64,000 nucleotides of DNA from an uncultured Desulfarculus sp. (GTDB lineage Bacteria; Desulfobacterota; Desulfarculia; Desulfarculales; Desulfarculaceae): assembly GCA_963665125.2 (NCBI GenBank), contig CAXXUK010000002.1, forward strand, positions 1,088,001 to 1,152,000, given 5' to 3'. Below, one piece after another: positions 48,631 through 58,276 of the stretch. Under the pieces are notes generated by a model. That model had not been told where the DNA came from. It saw only the letters and a program-made list of their open reading frames with translations, and ran no database searches. A program made the translations under genes and the position numbers. Each line of letters starts with the position of its first letter. Positions within the stretch are counted from its first letter, which is position 1.

Positions 48631-49611
48631 ATGACCACAGTGACCATATGCATCGTCGGAGCCGGGCAACTGGGAAGCCGTCATCTTCAAGCCTTGGCCC
48701 ATCTTTCGCAGCCTTGCGAGATCATTCTGGTCGACCCATCAGACCAGGCCACCAAAACGGCATTGGAACGTTATGCGCAAGTACAAGGCAAGTATCCGGT
48801 TCGCACGGTACGTTCCCTGGATGCGCTTGACCAGGCCATCGACCTGGCGATTATCGCCACAAGTTCAAAACCGCGCCGCCAGTTGGTAGAGAAGCTTGTC
48901 TCCATGGGCGTCCGCCGGATGGTCCTGGAAAAATTTCTGTTTCCTCGCCTAGAAGACTATGAAACCGTTTCAAGTCTGTTTGCCCGCGAGAAAGTAAAGG
49001 CCTGGACCAACTGTACGCGGCGCTTATGGCCGTTCTACCGCCAATTACGAGATATGATCGATCCTGCGGATGTCTGCGCCTTCCAGGTGGCCGGTACGGC
49101 ATGGAACCTAGGAAGCAATGGTATTCATTTCGTTGATCTGTTTTCCATGTTGACTGGACAGACCGATATTGATTACCGATACCATGGGCCGTCTGCGGAG
49201 ATCGTGAACAGTAAGCGGGAAGGTTATGTGGATATCGTCGGCATGCTTCAGGGCGAGACCCCTCGAGGTGATATGATCCAACTGGTTAACTGGAAAGGCG
49301 CCAAGCCGTTTTATGTAATGAGCCTTACAACACCGCGCCTCTGCTGCCGCATTGATGAGATTCACCTTGGTGGCCCCAAGTTCGAGATCGCGATGGAAAA
49401 AGACGGGTGGGCGCCGACAACTGATACGTTCGACATGCCTTACCAGAGCCAGTTAAGTCATCTGTTCGTGGAGGATATATTAATCAACGGCCAGTGCGAT
49501 CTGACAGGTTTCGAAGAGTCCGCACACCTGCATCTCTCCCTCTTGGATGCATTTCTGGGAACCTACCGGAAGAAATTTGGTGTCGAGGAGACAATTTGCC
49601 CTGTAACCTAG
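48631..49611 (+). CDS. Gfo/Idh/MocA oxidoreductase
   Basis: IVGAGQLGSRHLQAL, LEK, NGIHFVD, PYQSQL. Confidence 0.82.
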   Translation: MTTVTICIVGAGQLGSRHLQALAHLSQPCEIILVDPSDQATKTALERYAQVQGKYPVRTVRSLDALDQAIDLAIIATSSKPRRQLVEKLVSMGVRRMVLEKFLFPRLEDYETVSSLFAREKVKAWTNCTRRLWPFYRQLRDMIDPADVCAFQVAGTAWNLGSNGIHFVDLFSMLTGQTDIDYRYHGPSAEIVNSKREGYVDIVGMLQGETPRGDMIQLVNWKGAKPFYVMSLTTPRLCCRIDEIHLGGPKFEIAMEKDGWAPTTDTFDMPYQSQLSHLFVEDILINGQCDLTGFEESAHLHLSLLDAFLGTYRKKFGVEETICPVT

Positions 49612-49643
49612 GGACCGCTTGAGCAAAAGCAGACAAATTAAGG

Positions 49644-50609
49644 ATGTCACACGAAATGAGCCAAGTATTGATTGTGGGTTCCGGAACAATCGGCCTGGAA
49701 TATGCCAAAGTCCTTCAAGCCCTTGGGCGGTCGGTGATGGTCATCGGTAGAGGAAAAAAATCGGCGGAGGCCCTGACCGCCCATACAGGGCTTCCAGTGA
49801 TCACCGGAGGCCTGGAAGCCTGGCTAGATAGTTTGGAAGGACCGCCTCCGGCCGAAGCGATTGTCGCTGTTCCCATTCAGAATCTCAATGAAGCAGCCCG
49901 TCGGCTAATCAGGGCCGGTGTGCGGCGGCTTCTATTGGAAAAGCCGGGCGGGTTGACTTTGGATGAGATGACGGCCCTGGCCGAAGAAGCCAAGGCTGTC
50001 GAGGCCGAGGTATATCTGGCATATAATCGACGCTTCTATGCCGCAACCAGAAAGGCCCTGGACATCATCTCCGAGGACGACGGAGTACGCTCCCTGCTTT
50101 TCGAATTCACCGAATGGTCCCACAAAATCGTAACCCTGAATTATCCGCCGGAAGTGCTGGATGCCTGGTTACTGGCCAACTCCAGTCATGTGATCGATAT
50201 GGCCTTTTTTCTATGCGGATGGCCGGAGACACTCTGTGCCCAGGTCGCCGGAAAACTGGATTGGCATCCATGTGGATCTGCGTTTAGCGGCTCAGGAACA
50301 ACCACATCCGGGGCGGTCTTCTCTTATCATGCCGACTGGGCCGCCCCGGGACGTTGGGGTGTGGAGGTGTTGACGAAAAAACACCGGCTGATTTTTCGTC
50401 CCATGGAGCAGTTGCAGTATCAAAAGATCGGCTCCGTGGCTGTGGAGCCGGTTGAAATAGACTACTCTCTCGATGAAAAATTCAAACCGGGATTCTACTT
50501 GCAAGTAAAGGCCTTTTTAGATGGTCCAAAGACCGATCTGCTGAGGCTGGAAGAACAGTGCCACCATATCGAAGCGTTTTACTCGGTGATTCGAGGCCGC
50601 CCATATTAA
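49644..50609 (+). CDS. Gfo/Idh/MocA oxidoreductase
   Basis: VGSGTIG, LLEKPGG, AYNRRFY, FEFTEWSH, NSSHVID. Confidence 0.82.
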   Translation: MSHEMSQVLIVGSGTIGLEYAKVLQALGRSVMVIGRGKKSAEALTAHTGLPVITGGLEAWLDSLEGPPPAEAIVAVPIQNLNEAARRLIRAGVRRLLLEKPGGLTLDEMTALAEEAKAVEAEVYLAYNRRFYAATRKALDIISEDDGVRSLLFEFTEWSHKIVTLNYPPEVLDAWLLANSSHVIDMAFFLCGWPETLCAQVAGKLDWHPCGSAFSGSGTTTSGAVFSYHADWAAPGRWGVEVLTKKHRLIFRPMEQLQYQKIGSVAVEPVEIDYSLDEKFKPGFYLQVKAFLDGPKTDLLRLEEQCHHIEAFYSVIRGRPY

Positions 50610-50616
50610 CGGGACC

Positions 50617-50639
50617 GGCGGCCCGCATCAAGGGCCGCC
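50617..50639 (+). terminator. GC-rich hairpin at end of the nonulosonate operon
   Basis: GGCGGCCC-N7-GGGCCGCC perfect 8-bp stem; no U-tract, so function is uncertain. Confidence 0.4.
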
Positions 50640-50755
50640 AGCACCAAGTGTAAACAACTCAGGGCGAAAACCGCCAATAATCACATGATAAAGCCACCAT
50701 TGCTCAACAACCATCCATAACGGTGCATCTGGGCGGGTTGACTCGGAAAAAGGTA

Positions 50756-53700
50756 ATGAAAAATACGTTTTGGGAGCGATTACTTATAAATTTGCGGGGA
50801 GGCTTGCTTCTTATTTTTCGTGAGTTGTTTTTTGCAAAAATCATGTCCTGGAGACTCCGTAGTTGCCTTGCCCGTGGCGCAGCCCACAACTGTGATAAAC
50901 TTCACTACCTGCTTCGTCGTCGGCTTATCCCGCTGTTTTCTTTTCTCTTTCCGAGGAACTTAGACCACTACACCAATGTGACCACGGATAACGGGCCACC
51001 GTTTCTTATAGATCTTCTGGATAAAAAGCCACGGATACTCTTTATCTGCTGCGGCCCCTTTGATTCCAAACAGATTGCCCCTTATGTGCAACGGGGCCGC
51101 GTATCGGTTTACCCATATTTTTCAAAAGGAAAACGCCATATCGCCAAACTGCCGGGCGATATGGAAGTCATCAGGCCTTTTACTTATTTCCCAGCCGGCG
51201 GCCCCGAGTTGGAGCAAGCCGTTCAACGCTGCTTAGCCAAAAATGATGTTCTATCGCAACACCTTTTGGATCAAATCAGGACGGGGATGGGAACATTCTG
51301 GAAGCCGTGGATGGATGAATCGTTTAAAACCATATGCCGGGACACACTCCATCCTATTATCAGGACTTCCGATGCTCTGCGTGAACTGCTGACCGTTCAA
51401 CAGTACGACGCCATTTTGGTGGCCGACACCAAATGTAATTATATAAATGATATTTACGCCCTGAACCGCCAGCTTTACAATGCACCCGTTTATGCTATCG
51501 CCAACTCCCAAAAACACTACAATTCCTTACTAAGCTCTCTCAAATTTACAGACCGGGTTGAACAGATAAATAGGTCGTTCTTTTACAATAAACTAAAAAA
51601 AACCGGGCTTCGAAAGGACATCTTAAAGACGGTAATGGGCGGAGCTGCAATCCCTTCTACCGAATGGACAATCCCGCTGAATGAGAACCTCAACGAACAC
51701 CACTTAAAAAGTGAGATGTTCGTATCCGAATTCCCAGAAAATGATTATGTCACCTTTTCCCCAGACCTGCTATACAGGGTGGACAATTCAGGGCATCATG
51801 GCCTCATCGCAGATGAAGCACTTGATTTCATTGAGCACTATCTGCTGCCCAAAACGCCGACGGTTCTTCTTTCTAATTTATTCATGAAATTGCCGGCAAC
51901 GACGGAAACGGAAGAGGCCGAGCGCTTTCAGCGATTAAGCGAGCACGAGAATGCTATAGTACTCGACTCCTTCGATATCGACATTGACCAGTCCGTGCCT
52001 TTACTCATAGTCTATTCGGCTATCAACACTTTACGGGAAAAAGTAAATATCGCGACCTCGCCGGATTGGAACCTAATCACTCTCAAATCATTACTCTCAA
52101 TCGTACATAAATGGCTGGAGTACGTGTACGCCAGGATTCATCCCCTGGAAACCCTGATATCAAGCAGGCCACCTCAATGGCTGGCGTGTTCCAATCATCG
52201 CCATCCCCTCTTTCAGGCCGCGATTAATCTTGTCCAATACCACAGTTTGCCTGCTATATCCATCGCATTGGAAACTGATTTTGAATGGTATTACAGGCCC
52301 AATGCTCCATTTGGCTCAACTGACTCCGATTATAAAGTAGTTGACAGCTTGGAGGGTGCCGACGACCTTACTTTCTCTATGCTGCGCCTATTAATACTAC
52401 TCCCCATGAAGGATTGGAAGCCACTGTTCCGTGCTGCGGAACCGATCCTGACATACATTGACCAATTCAAAGGCGAGATAAGGCATTTACTTGATGACCG
52501 ATTGTCCTATTTGGTTTTGCATCCGCTGGACCATTCTACAGCCCAAACCCAGCAGGAGAATGAAAAAACACTTTGGCCGTCTGAATTGAAGGGACGCCGA
52601 ATACTCTTATTGTGTAGCGGCGAACTGCCCAACACACGAATAGAATACCTAACCGGCGGGGCGGAGGTGACAGCCTATTTTAACCCCATGGGTGGCCGTA
52701 AGGGGATCGTTGACGAGGCGCTTGAGAATTTCACCGTCAAATCTATGTTGGATGTTTTTCAGATTAATACCGACGAAGAAAACAAAGCGGTTCATGAAGG
52801 ATTGTACCACGTGACGGGTTTGGTGGACTGCATCCGCAAAGAAATCCAAAACATAATGGGACAGCGGTACAGACCATGGATGCGCAGTACCGTCGATCTT
52901 ATTTGCCAGGACTTTTTGATTCTGCCGCTTCGAATCGGTCAATGCCTGAAAAAAATCTTATCGGAAAACGATTACGATATCATTCTACTGTCGGATGTGA
53001 AGGCAACATTTTTCAAGGAATTGTCCCTGTTTGCATCATCTATATCAAATATTCCCATATATTACATGCATACCCAAGTACTTGGAAAGGAAGATATACA
53101 GAAGATCGTAACCCATTCGGACGACATTGCCGATTACGTTTATAGGCGGATTTCAGATCCCAGAGAAAAAAAGAAATACGGTACAACAACGGCGGAAAAA
53201 CTGTGGTGGGAGAAAATGAAGGACACCGCCCGCTGGATGGAACCAATCGCCGGTTACTGCGACGCCCTGGAAGCAGACTTTAAAATTCCCGCACAGTTGA
53301 CAGGCCAAGCCTACCAATGCCTCGCATTGGCGGTTACTTCAACAAAAAATATTCTTGGCCATGACGCCATCGATATTATCGATAATCTCGCCCAGAAAGA
53401 CCCGGTGTTGGTCACACTCAACGTAGGAGCCAAGTGGTTCGGGCAAAACTCACAGGACCTGCCTTGGAAAGAACGTTGGGAAGAAGTCAAACAAAATCCG
53501 AATATGGTTCTATTAGAAATGCCTAAAGCTGATTTGGATCTAGAAAAATTATTTTTAGCGACGATGAGCATCTTGGACGCTTTTAAAAATAATAGCAGTT
53601 CTTTTAGCTACTTTTCAGAAAACATTTCTCTGTTTTCCAGGGTCTACAACGTCCTGTTGTATTGGTTTAAAAAGGTTTATCCCCGCTTGCTCGCCCTGCA

Positions 53701-54607
53701 AAAGGTATTTGAACGCAGGCCTCCGGAGCGCTCCATTGCCTGCCATCATCGTATGCCGATATTCAAAGGAATACTGGATCTAACCAGCGAATTTGAAAAA
53801 CCGTGCATCTCCGCCGTGCCGCTACTTTTGCCACCAGGATACTATACCCTTCCAGATTACTCCATGCCAAAACATTACTACTACAGTGTAGTTGACTCTT
53901 CACAAAAACTGGCAATCACCAAGGAATACGGAATCGACGCGGACCACATATTACAGGGAAGCGGATGGCGATACGATCAGGCTTGTCGCCAACTTGCCAC
54001 GTTTTCGGCAGACGAAGACAACGCATTATGCATACCTTCCGGCCTGTTGGTTCTGGCCTATTTTTCCCAGCATAGCATGGGTAATGTAACATTCGACACC
54101 GCTGAAATATTAGGGGCCTGCGCTTCGGAAATCCCCGGGCTGGCTATTTTTGTCAAGCCACATCCTAGTGAATCGAGTGCCAATATGTGGATGTACCGGG
54201 ATTACTGTGGTGACTTCGCTAACGGTTCGGTTATGAGGTTTGTCGAGCCATCTCAGTCCACATCGGCCCTATTGAAGCGGTGCGACTGCGTCGTCGTTCA
54301 TAACAGCAACCTTGGCATTGAGGGTACACTTCTTGGGAAACCAGTCTTGACTTTGCATCCAAATGGTGAACACTTTGAGATCGATTTCGAGCAGATCGGC
54401 TTCGCAAAGGCGGCGAGATCGCGCCAAGAAATCAAGGACACGTTGGACGCCATGGTAAACAATCCCGGCTTTCTGGAGTCCATGCGCGGACTCTCCAGGT
54501 CATACCTTAAAGAGAACCCTCAGTTTACGGACGGCAAAACCTTGGGCAGTCGGCTTAATGCATGGTTGGATTCGTTTCCGTTTCATAACGGGAAACAGCC
54601 TGGTTGA
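50756..54607 (+). CDS. Large internally duplicated GT-B-like protein, candidate nonulosonate transferase
   Basis: Two homologous ~440 aa units plus a C-terminal domain with FVKPHPSE and NSNLGIEGTLLGKPV. Confidence 0.6.
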   Translation: MKNTFWERLLINLRGGLLLIFRELFFAKIMSWRLRSCLARGAAHNCDKLHYLLRRRLIPLFSFLFPRNLDHYTNVTTDNGPPFLIDLLDKKPRILFICCGPFDSKQIAPYVQRGRVSVYPYFSKGKRHIAKLPGDMEVIRPFTYFPAGGPELEQAVQRCLAKNDVLSQHLLDQIRTGMGTFWKPWMDESFKTICRDTLHPIIRTSDALRELLTVQQYDAILVADTKCNYINDIYALNRQLYNAPVYAIANSQKHYNSLLSSLKFTDRVEQINRSFFYNKLKKTGLRKDILKTVMGGAAIPSTEWTIPLNENLNEHHLKSEMFVSEFPENDYVTFSPDLLYRVDNSGHHGLIADEALDFIEHYLLPKTPTVLLSNLFMKLPATTETEEAERFQRLSEHENAIVLDSFDIDIDQSVPLLIVYSAINTLREKVNIATSPDWNLITLKSLLSIVHKWLEYVYARIHPLETLISSRPPQWLACSNHRHPLFQAAINLVQYHSLPAISIALETDFEWYYRPNAPFGSTDSDYKVVDSLEGADDLTFSMLRLLILLPMKDWKPLFRAAEPILTYIDQFKGEIRHLLDDRLSYLVLHPLDHSTAQTQQENEKTLWPSELKGRRILLLCSGELPNTRIEYLTGGAEVTAYFNPMGGRKGIVDEALENFTVKSMLDVFQINTDEENKAVHEGLYHVTGLVDCIRKEIQNIMGQRYRPWMRSTVDLICQDFLILPLRIGQCLKKILSENDYDIILLSDVKATFFKELSLFASSISNIPIYYMHTQVLGKEDIQKIVTHSDDIADYVYRRISDPREKKKYGTTTAEKLWWEKMKDTARWMEPIAGYCDALEADFKIPAQLTGQAYQCLALAVTSTKNILGHDAIDIIDNLAQKDPVLVTLNVGAKWFGQNSQDLPWKERWEEVKQNPNMVLLEMPKADLDLEKLFLATMSILDAFKNNSSSFSYFSENISLFSRVYNVLLYWFKKVYPRLLALQKVFERRPPERSIACHHRMPIFKGILDLTSEFEKPCISAVPLLLPPGYYTLPDYSMPKHYYYSVVDSSQKLAITKEYGIDADHILQGSGWRYDQACRQLATFSADEDNALCIPSGLLVLAYFSQHSMGNVTFDTAEILGACASEIPGLAIFVKPHPSESSANMWMYRDYCGDFANGSVMRFVEPSQSTSALLKRCDCVVVHNSNLGIEGTLLGKPVLTLHPNGEHFEIDFEQIGFAKAARSRQEIKDTLDAMVNNPGFLESMRGLSRSYLKENPQFTDGKTLGSRLNAWLDSFPFHNGKQPG

Positions 54608-54690
54608 TTCACGCCGTCCCTTTTGGGATTGAGATGATGTTTCCGACAAGCGACCAGTTAAGCTCCAAAAACGTTATTTGAAGAGGCCTC

Positions 54691-56298
54691 ATGATTGAGA
54701 CGGATGGAACCCCTTCGGTTCATTGGACGCGGCACCTCAGGTTCAATGCGGAAGATGATATAGCCGCAATCAAGGATGCCTTGGGCCGAAATATTTTCGA
54801 GGACTGGATTGAAGGCATCGACCTGGAGAATGCGTTTTTTTTAAGATGCTATTACATGGAACAGGCCCGAATCATCAGAGGCGTCGGGTCCCCATCGCCC
54901 CAGCAGGCCCCTCCCACCGGTCAGAGGGTGGAAACAGGTGCCGGTCCCTTAATCAACCGCCGTAAATTTCACAAAAAATTCAACAAAATGCTCCTAACCG
55001 CCAAGAGAGACCCGGTCCGGAGATGGGACCCTCGGGAACGTCCCATTCTTCTGTTTCTGGGCGGTCGGCAAGAGCTGCCGCTGATCAGTGGCGTTGAACG
55101 TTCCCTAAGAAAAAACCAATTGAATCGGCTCTGGTCTCTTATCCCGAATAGAAACCATGTCGCCCCGGATCGATATCAGGTCGTTCTCAAAAATAGTCGC
55201 GAGAATTTTCACCGGGAGATTGCCGCCCTGTTCCCCAACCAGCCCATCATTGATCTGGAAACTCTCTCCAGCGAATCCATTCCCAAGCCGATGTATCAGA
55301 AAAACCTCCAACGCTGGAATGCGTGCGTTGATCACTTGGAGTCCCTTTCACCCATCCAACAGATACATGCCGACCGCCTACTACGCGCTCTCATGGTTGT
55401 CATTAAGAGTGCCTATCAGGTCCGTTGCTTCGTTCGGGCCTACAACCCCGTCTGTATAATTGGCGCTTTTGAAAAGTCGCCTTTGGGCGCCCTGGTCAGA
55501 CCTATGGTCAGGGCCGAGGTGATGGATGGCTCATGCGCGGTCATCAATGTGCAACATGGCCTGATTCCGGACCTGCCGGTCCTGGACCGGGTTGAATTCG
55601 ACCGTTTTTTTGTCTGGGACCGGCACACCAGGCAGGTCATTACGGACCTCGGTTACCGACCCACGAATACGATACGGGAAGTGGGAAACCATGCCTGGGA
55701 TGAACTAAGAAAAAGGCATCGGAGGGGCGCGGACGATGAGGCCGCGAAAGAACTTGTCAAATGGTCCATGGGCCATCGCCTAATTCTAGTTTGCACGCAG
55801 CCCCTCAATCGGAAATACCGGATGATGTTCCGTGACATTTTACTACGATATGCAACGCAGCGCCCTGAGGTTAAACTGCTGATCCGTCCACATCCCTGCG
55901 ACGGTGCGGGTTTGAAAACGGAGTGGCTGGAGAACGTCGCCCAACAAGTGGCGTCGAGACTGAGATTGGTCGACATTGATCGGCTCGACCTCGCCGCCTG
56001 TTCGATCCCCGCGGACGTGGCCGTCAGTGTTCATTCAACCATATTGCATGATTTGAACCAAGCAGGTAAGCCGGTGTTAAGCATTACTCCCGGGGCGGAC
56101 CAGACATCCATCGTCCGTCTCTACGACACCATACCTGTCGCTATAGATGAACATGAGGCCTTTCTTTGGCTCGACCACCTGTTGGATCGTCCTTCGGCCA
56201 TCGGCAGGCCTGCCACTACTACCGTGTTTATGAAGAGTTTTCCCCGTGAAGTGAATCGAGCAGTGCGGAAGTGTACCGGGATCTATTGGCGGCGGTGA
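54691..56298 (+). CDS. GT-B fold protein, candidate nonulosonate/glycerophosphate transferase
   Basis: NVQHG, FFVWD, LVCTQP, LIRPHP, HSTILHD..AGKPV. Confidence 0.6.
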   Translation: MIETDGTPSVHWTRHLRFNAEDDIAAIKDALGRNIFEDWIEGIDLENAFFLRCYYMEQARIIRGVGSPSPQQAPPTGQRVETGAGPLINRRKFHKKFNKMLLTAKRDPVRRWDPRERPILLFLGGRQELPLISGVERSLRKNQLNRLWSLIPNRNHVAPDRYQVVLKNSRENFHREIAALFPNQPIIDLETLSSESIPKPMYQKNLQRWNACVDHLESLSPIQQIHADRLLRALMVVIKSAYQVRCFVRAYNPVCIIGAFEKSPLGALVRPMVRAEVMDGSCAVINVQHGLIPDLPVLDRVEFDRFFVWDRHTRQVITDLGYRPTNTIREVGNHAWDELRKRHRRGADDEAAKELVKWSMGHRLILVCTQPLNRKYRMMFRDILLRYATQRPEVKLLIRPHPCDGAGLKTEWLENVAQQVASRLRLVDIDRLDLAACSIPADVAVSVHSTILHDLNQAGKPVLSITPGADQTSIVRLYDTIPVAIDEHEAFLWLDHLLDRPSAIGRPATTTVFMKSFPREVNRAVRKCTGIYWRR

Positions 56299-56429
56299 AT
56301 CGCGACAAACAACTGTCTAGCAAAAGGTTTGCGGTCCAAATTGAGGATGGAATCCGGATCGTTCCAAATGTGTTGATATTGTTCGTCCTTCTAGCCCATT
56401 CCGTGCGGATCACCAAGGACAACAATTCC

Positions 56430-57083
56430 TCATACCGGCCTCTGCATTAAAAAACGTCTGAGAATGTTCAATCCGACCCTGCCACTCTTTTCCGGGTGAA
56501 ACTGAGTCCCGAACGTGCTACCTGATCGTACGGCGGCTGTTAATGGAATATCATGGTAATTGGTGGTCGCCAACAAGTTCTCCCGGTGTGTGACAACCGC
56601 TGAGAATGCGTGGACGAAATATAAATACGCACCCTGTTCTGTGTCCTCAAATGGAGTCTTAACCCAGCCGTCACTCAGTGCGGGCGACATGATTCGGTTC
56701 CATCCAATATGTGGAATCTTGAGTTTTTCCCCAGACGTTGTTGTATTCGGGATCGGGTTCACAGACCCTGGGATCAAGCCAAACCCCTCATGGCGCCCGA
56801 ATTCTTCACTATACTCCATAAGCAACTGCATGCCGACGCAGATGCCCAGCATGGGGCGGCCGGATTTTGCATGCGCAATAATAGCATCAACCAAGTTTAA
56901 ACTCTGTAGCCTGTTGATGCAGTGACCAAACGCCCCAACCCCCGGCAGAACCAGATGTCCGGCCCGTTCGATTTCGCTTCGGCTTGAGGTTTGCACTACG
57001 TCCCCTCCGGCCACTGTCAAGGCTCTACGCACACTCAGAATGTTGCCGACTCCATAATCGACGAGCACTACTTTTACTGGCAT
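56430..57083 (-). CDS. hisH: HisH-like glutamine amidotransferase (WbuY type)
   Basis: VDYGVGN, LPGVGAF, GICVGMQ, PHIGWN, YFVH, QFHPEKS. Confidence 0.9.
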   Translation of the reverse strand: MPVKVVLVDYGVGNILSVRRALTVAGGDVVQTSSRSEIERAGHLVLPGVGAFGHCINRLQSLNLVDAIIAHAKSGRPMLGICVGMQLLMEYSEEFGRHEGFGLIPGSVNPIPNTTTSGEKLKIPHIGWNRIMSPALSDGWVKTPFEDTEQGAYLYFVHAFSAVVTHRENLLATTNYHDIPLTAAVRSGSTFGTQFHPEKSGRVGLNILRRFLMQRPV

Positions 57084-57088
57084 AGGTT

Positions 57089-57850
57089 TTAAACCCGTCG
57101 GGTTGGAATGCCGTGGTCTTCTAGAATCTCTCGAAGCTCTCCCACGGTGAATTTTTTGTAATGGAGAACATGGGCCATGGCTATGGCGTCGACCTTGCCC
57201 TTTGTAAACGCATCCACCATGTGTGGACCTTCCCCCATGCCTCCGCTAAGTATCAGGGGGACTGAACAGATTTCTGATGTCTTACGCCCCAACTCGATAT
57301 CAAACCCTCGGCATAGTCCTTCATGGTCGACCGAAGTCAGCAGAATTTCCCCAGCTCCCCGATCAACGCCTTCTGAAATCCATTCGAGAACATCATAACC
57401 AGTCTTTTGGCGGCCGCAGTCTACATAGGCCTCCCACCCACGTCCTCCCGGCCGACGCTTGGCCTCGATACTGAGCACCAAGCATTGAGACCCAAACGCA
57501 TTGACAACCTGATTGATAAGGTCAGGGTTCCGTATGGCCGCAGTGTTGACGGCGACTTTATCCGCTCCGGATTGGAGCATGAATTCAACATCCTTTACGG
57601 AACGAAGCCCTCCACCGACCGTCAGAGGTACAAAGACATTCCTGGCTGTTTCTCGGACCAGGTCGGTCAGGCTGTTATATTCGTACAAGGAGGCGACAAC
57701 ATCCATGTAAATTATTTCGTCAATGCCCTGTTCATAGTAATCCCGAGCAAAGTCTCCCGGAATGCCCACCTTGCGGACGCCTTCCAGATTAACCGGTTTT
57801 ACGAGATACGGTGCCTTGACGTCTAATCGCGCAATGATACGCGGTAACAC
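57089..57850 (-). CDS. hisF: HisF-like cyclase subunit (WbuZ type)
   Basis: RIIARLDVK, MDVVASLY, PLTVGGG, GADKV, GAGEILLTSVD; GTG start at 57850 after GGAGA. Confidence 0.88.
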   Translation of the reverse strand: MLPRIIARLDVKAPYLVKPVNLEGVRKVGIPGDFARDYYEQGIDEIIYMDVVASLYEYNSLTDLVRETARNVFVPLTVGGGLRSVKDVEFMLQSGADKVAVNTAAIRNPDLINQVVNAFGSQCLVLSIEAKRRPGGRGWEAYVDCGRQKTGYDVLEWISEGVDRGAGEILLTSVDHEGLCRGFDIELGRKTSEICSVPLILSGGMGEGPHMVDAFTKGKVDAIAMAHVLHYKKFTVGELREILEDHGIPTRRV

Positions 57851-58135
57851 GATTAGGTCTCCATCAAGGTTATGAAACGACAGACCATGACAATAGCCAG
57901 CATCCTGGTTCATCCAAAAAGTTCTGTTCATCGAAATTCTTATGTTTGGATTATATCTTGGGGATATGGCAATGGCAAGACGCTAAAGAAATCGGTGATG
58001 TTCTCTAATCGCGAGAGTCAAGTGAAACTCTTTCCGTCCTTTAAAAAATCAACCGGTATCATGATTCTCTCTGGGGTCAGCACATTGTCTGCTCTAACCC
58101 AGGAACAACGGACATTTGTTTACGCGACAATTTAG

Positions 58136-58170
58136 TTTTTAAAAGCCAGCGGGCTGAGGTAGCCGTTGGC
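58136..58170 (-). terminator. Putative terminator downstream of the methyltransferase
   Basis: Minus strand GCCAACGGCT-ACCTC-AGCCCGCTGGC followed by TTTT. Confidence 0.5.
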
Positions 58171-58276
58171 ACTGTGCTTCCCGTTGCTTCAGGACCAATT
58201 CAGCCGCCTATCACAACTGTCCGATTTCCGGGGGCCACGGCTCGTATTTTTTGTCGCATGTACCGAAATAACCGTT

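Noticed and set aside
56430..57850. Histidine biosynthesis operon
   Set aside because: No other his genes; the ARLDVK/DVVASLY variant and context fit glycan-associated paralogues.
57851..58276. Remnant of a wbuX amidotransferase upstream of hisF
   Set aside because: Hand translation of part of the minus strand gave no recognisable motif.
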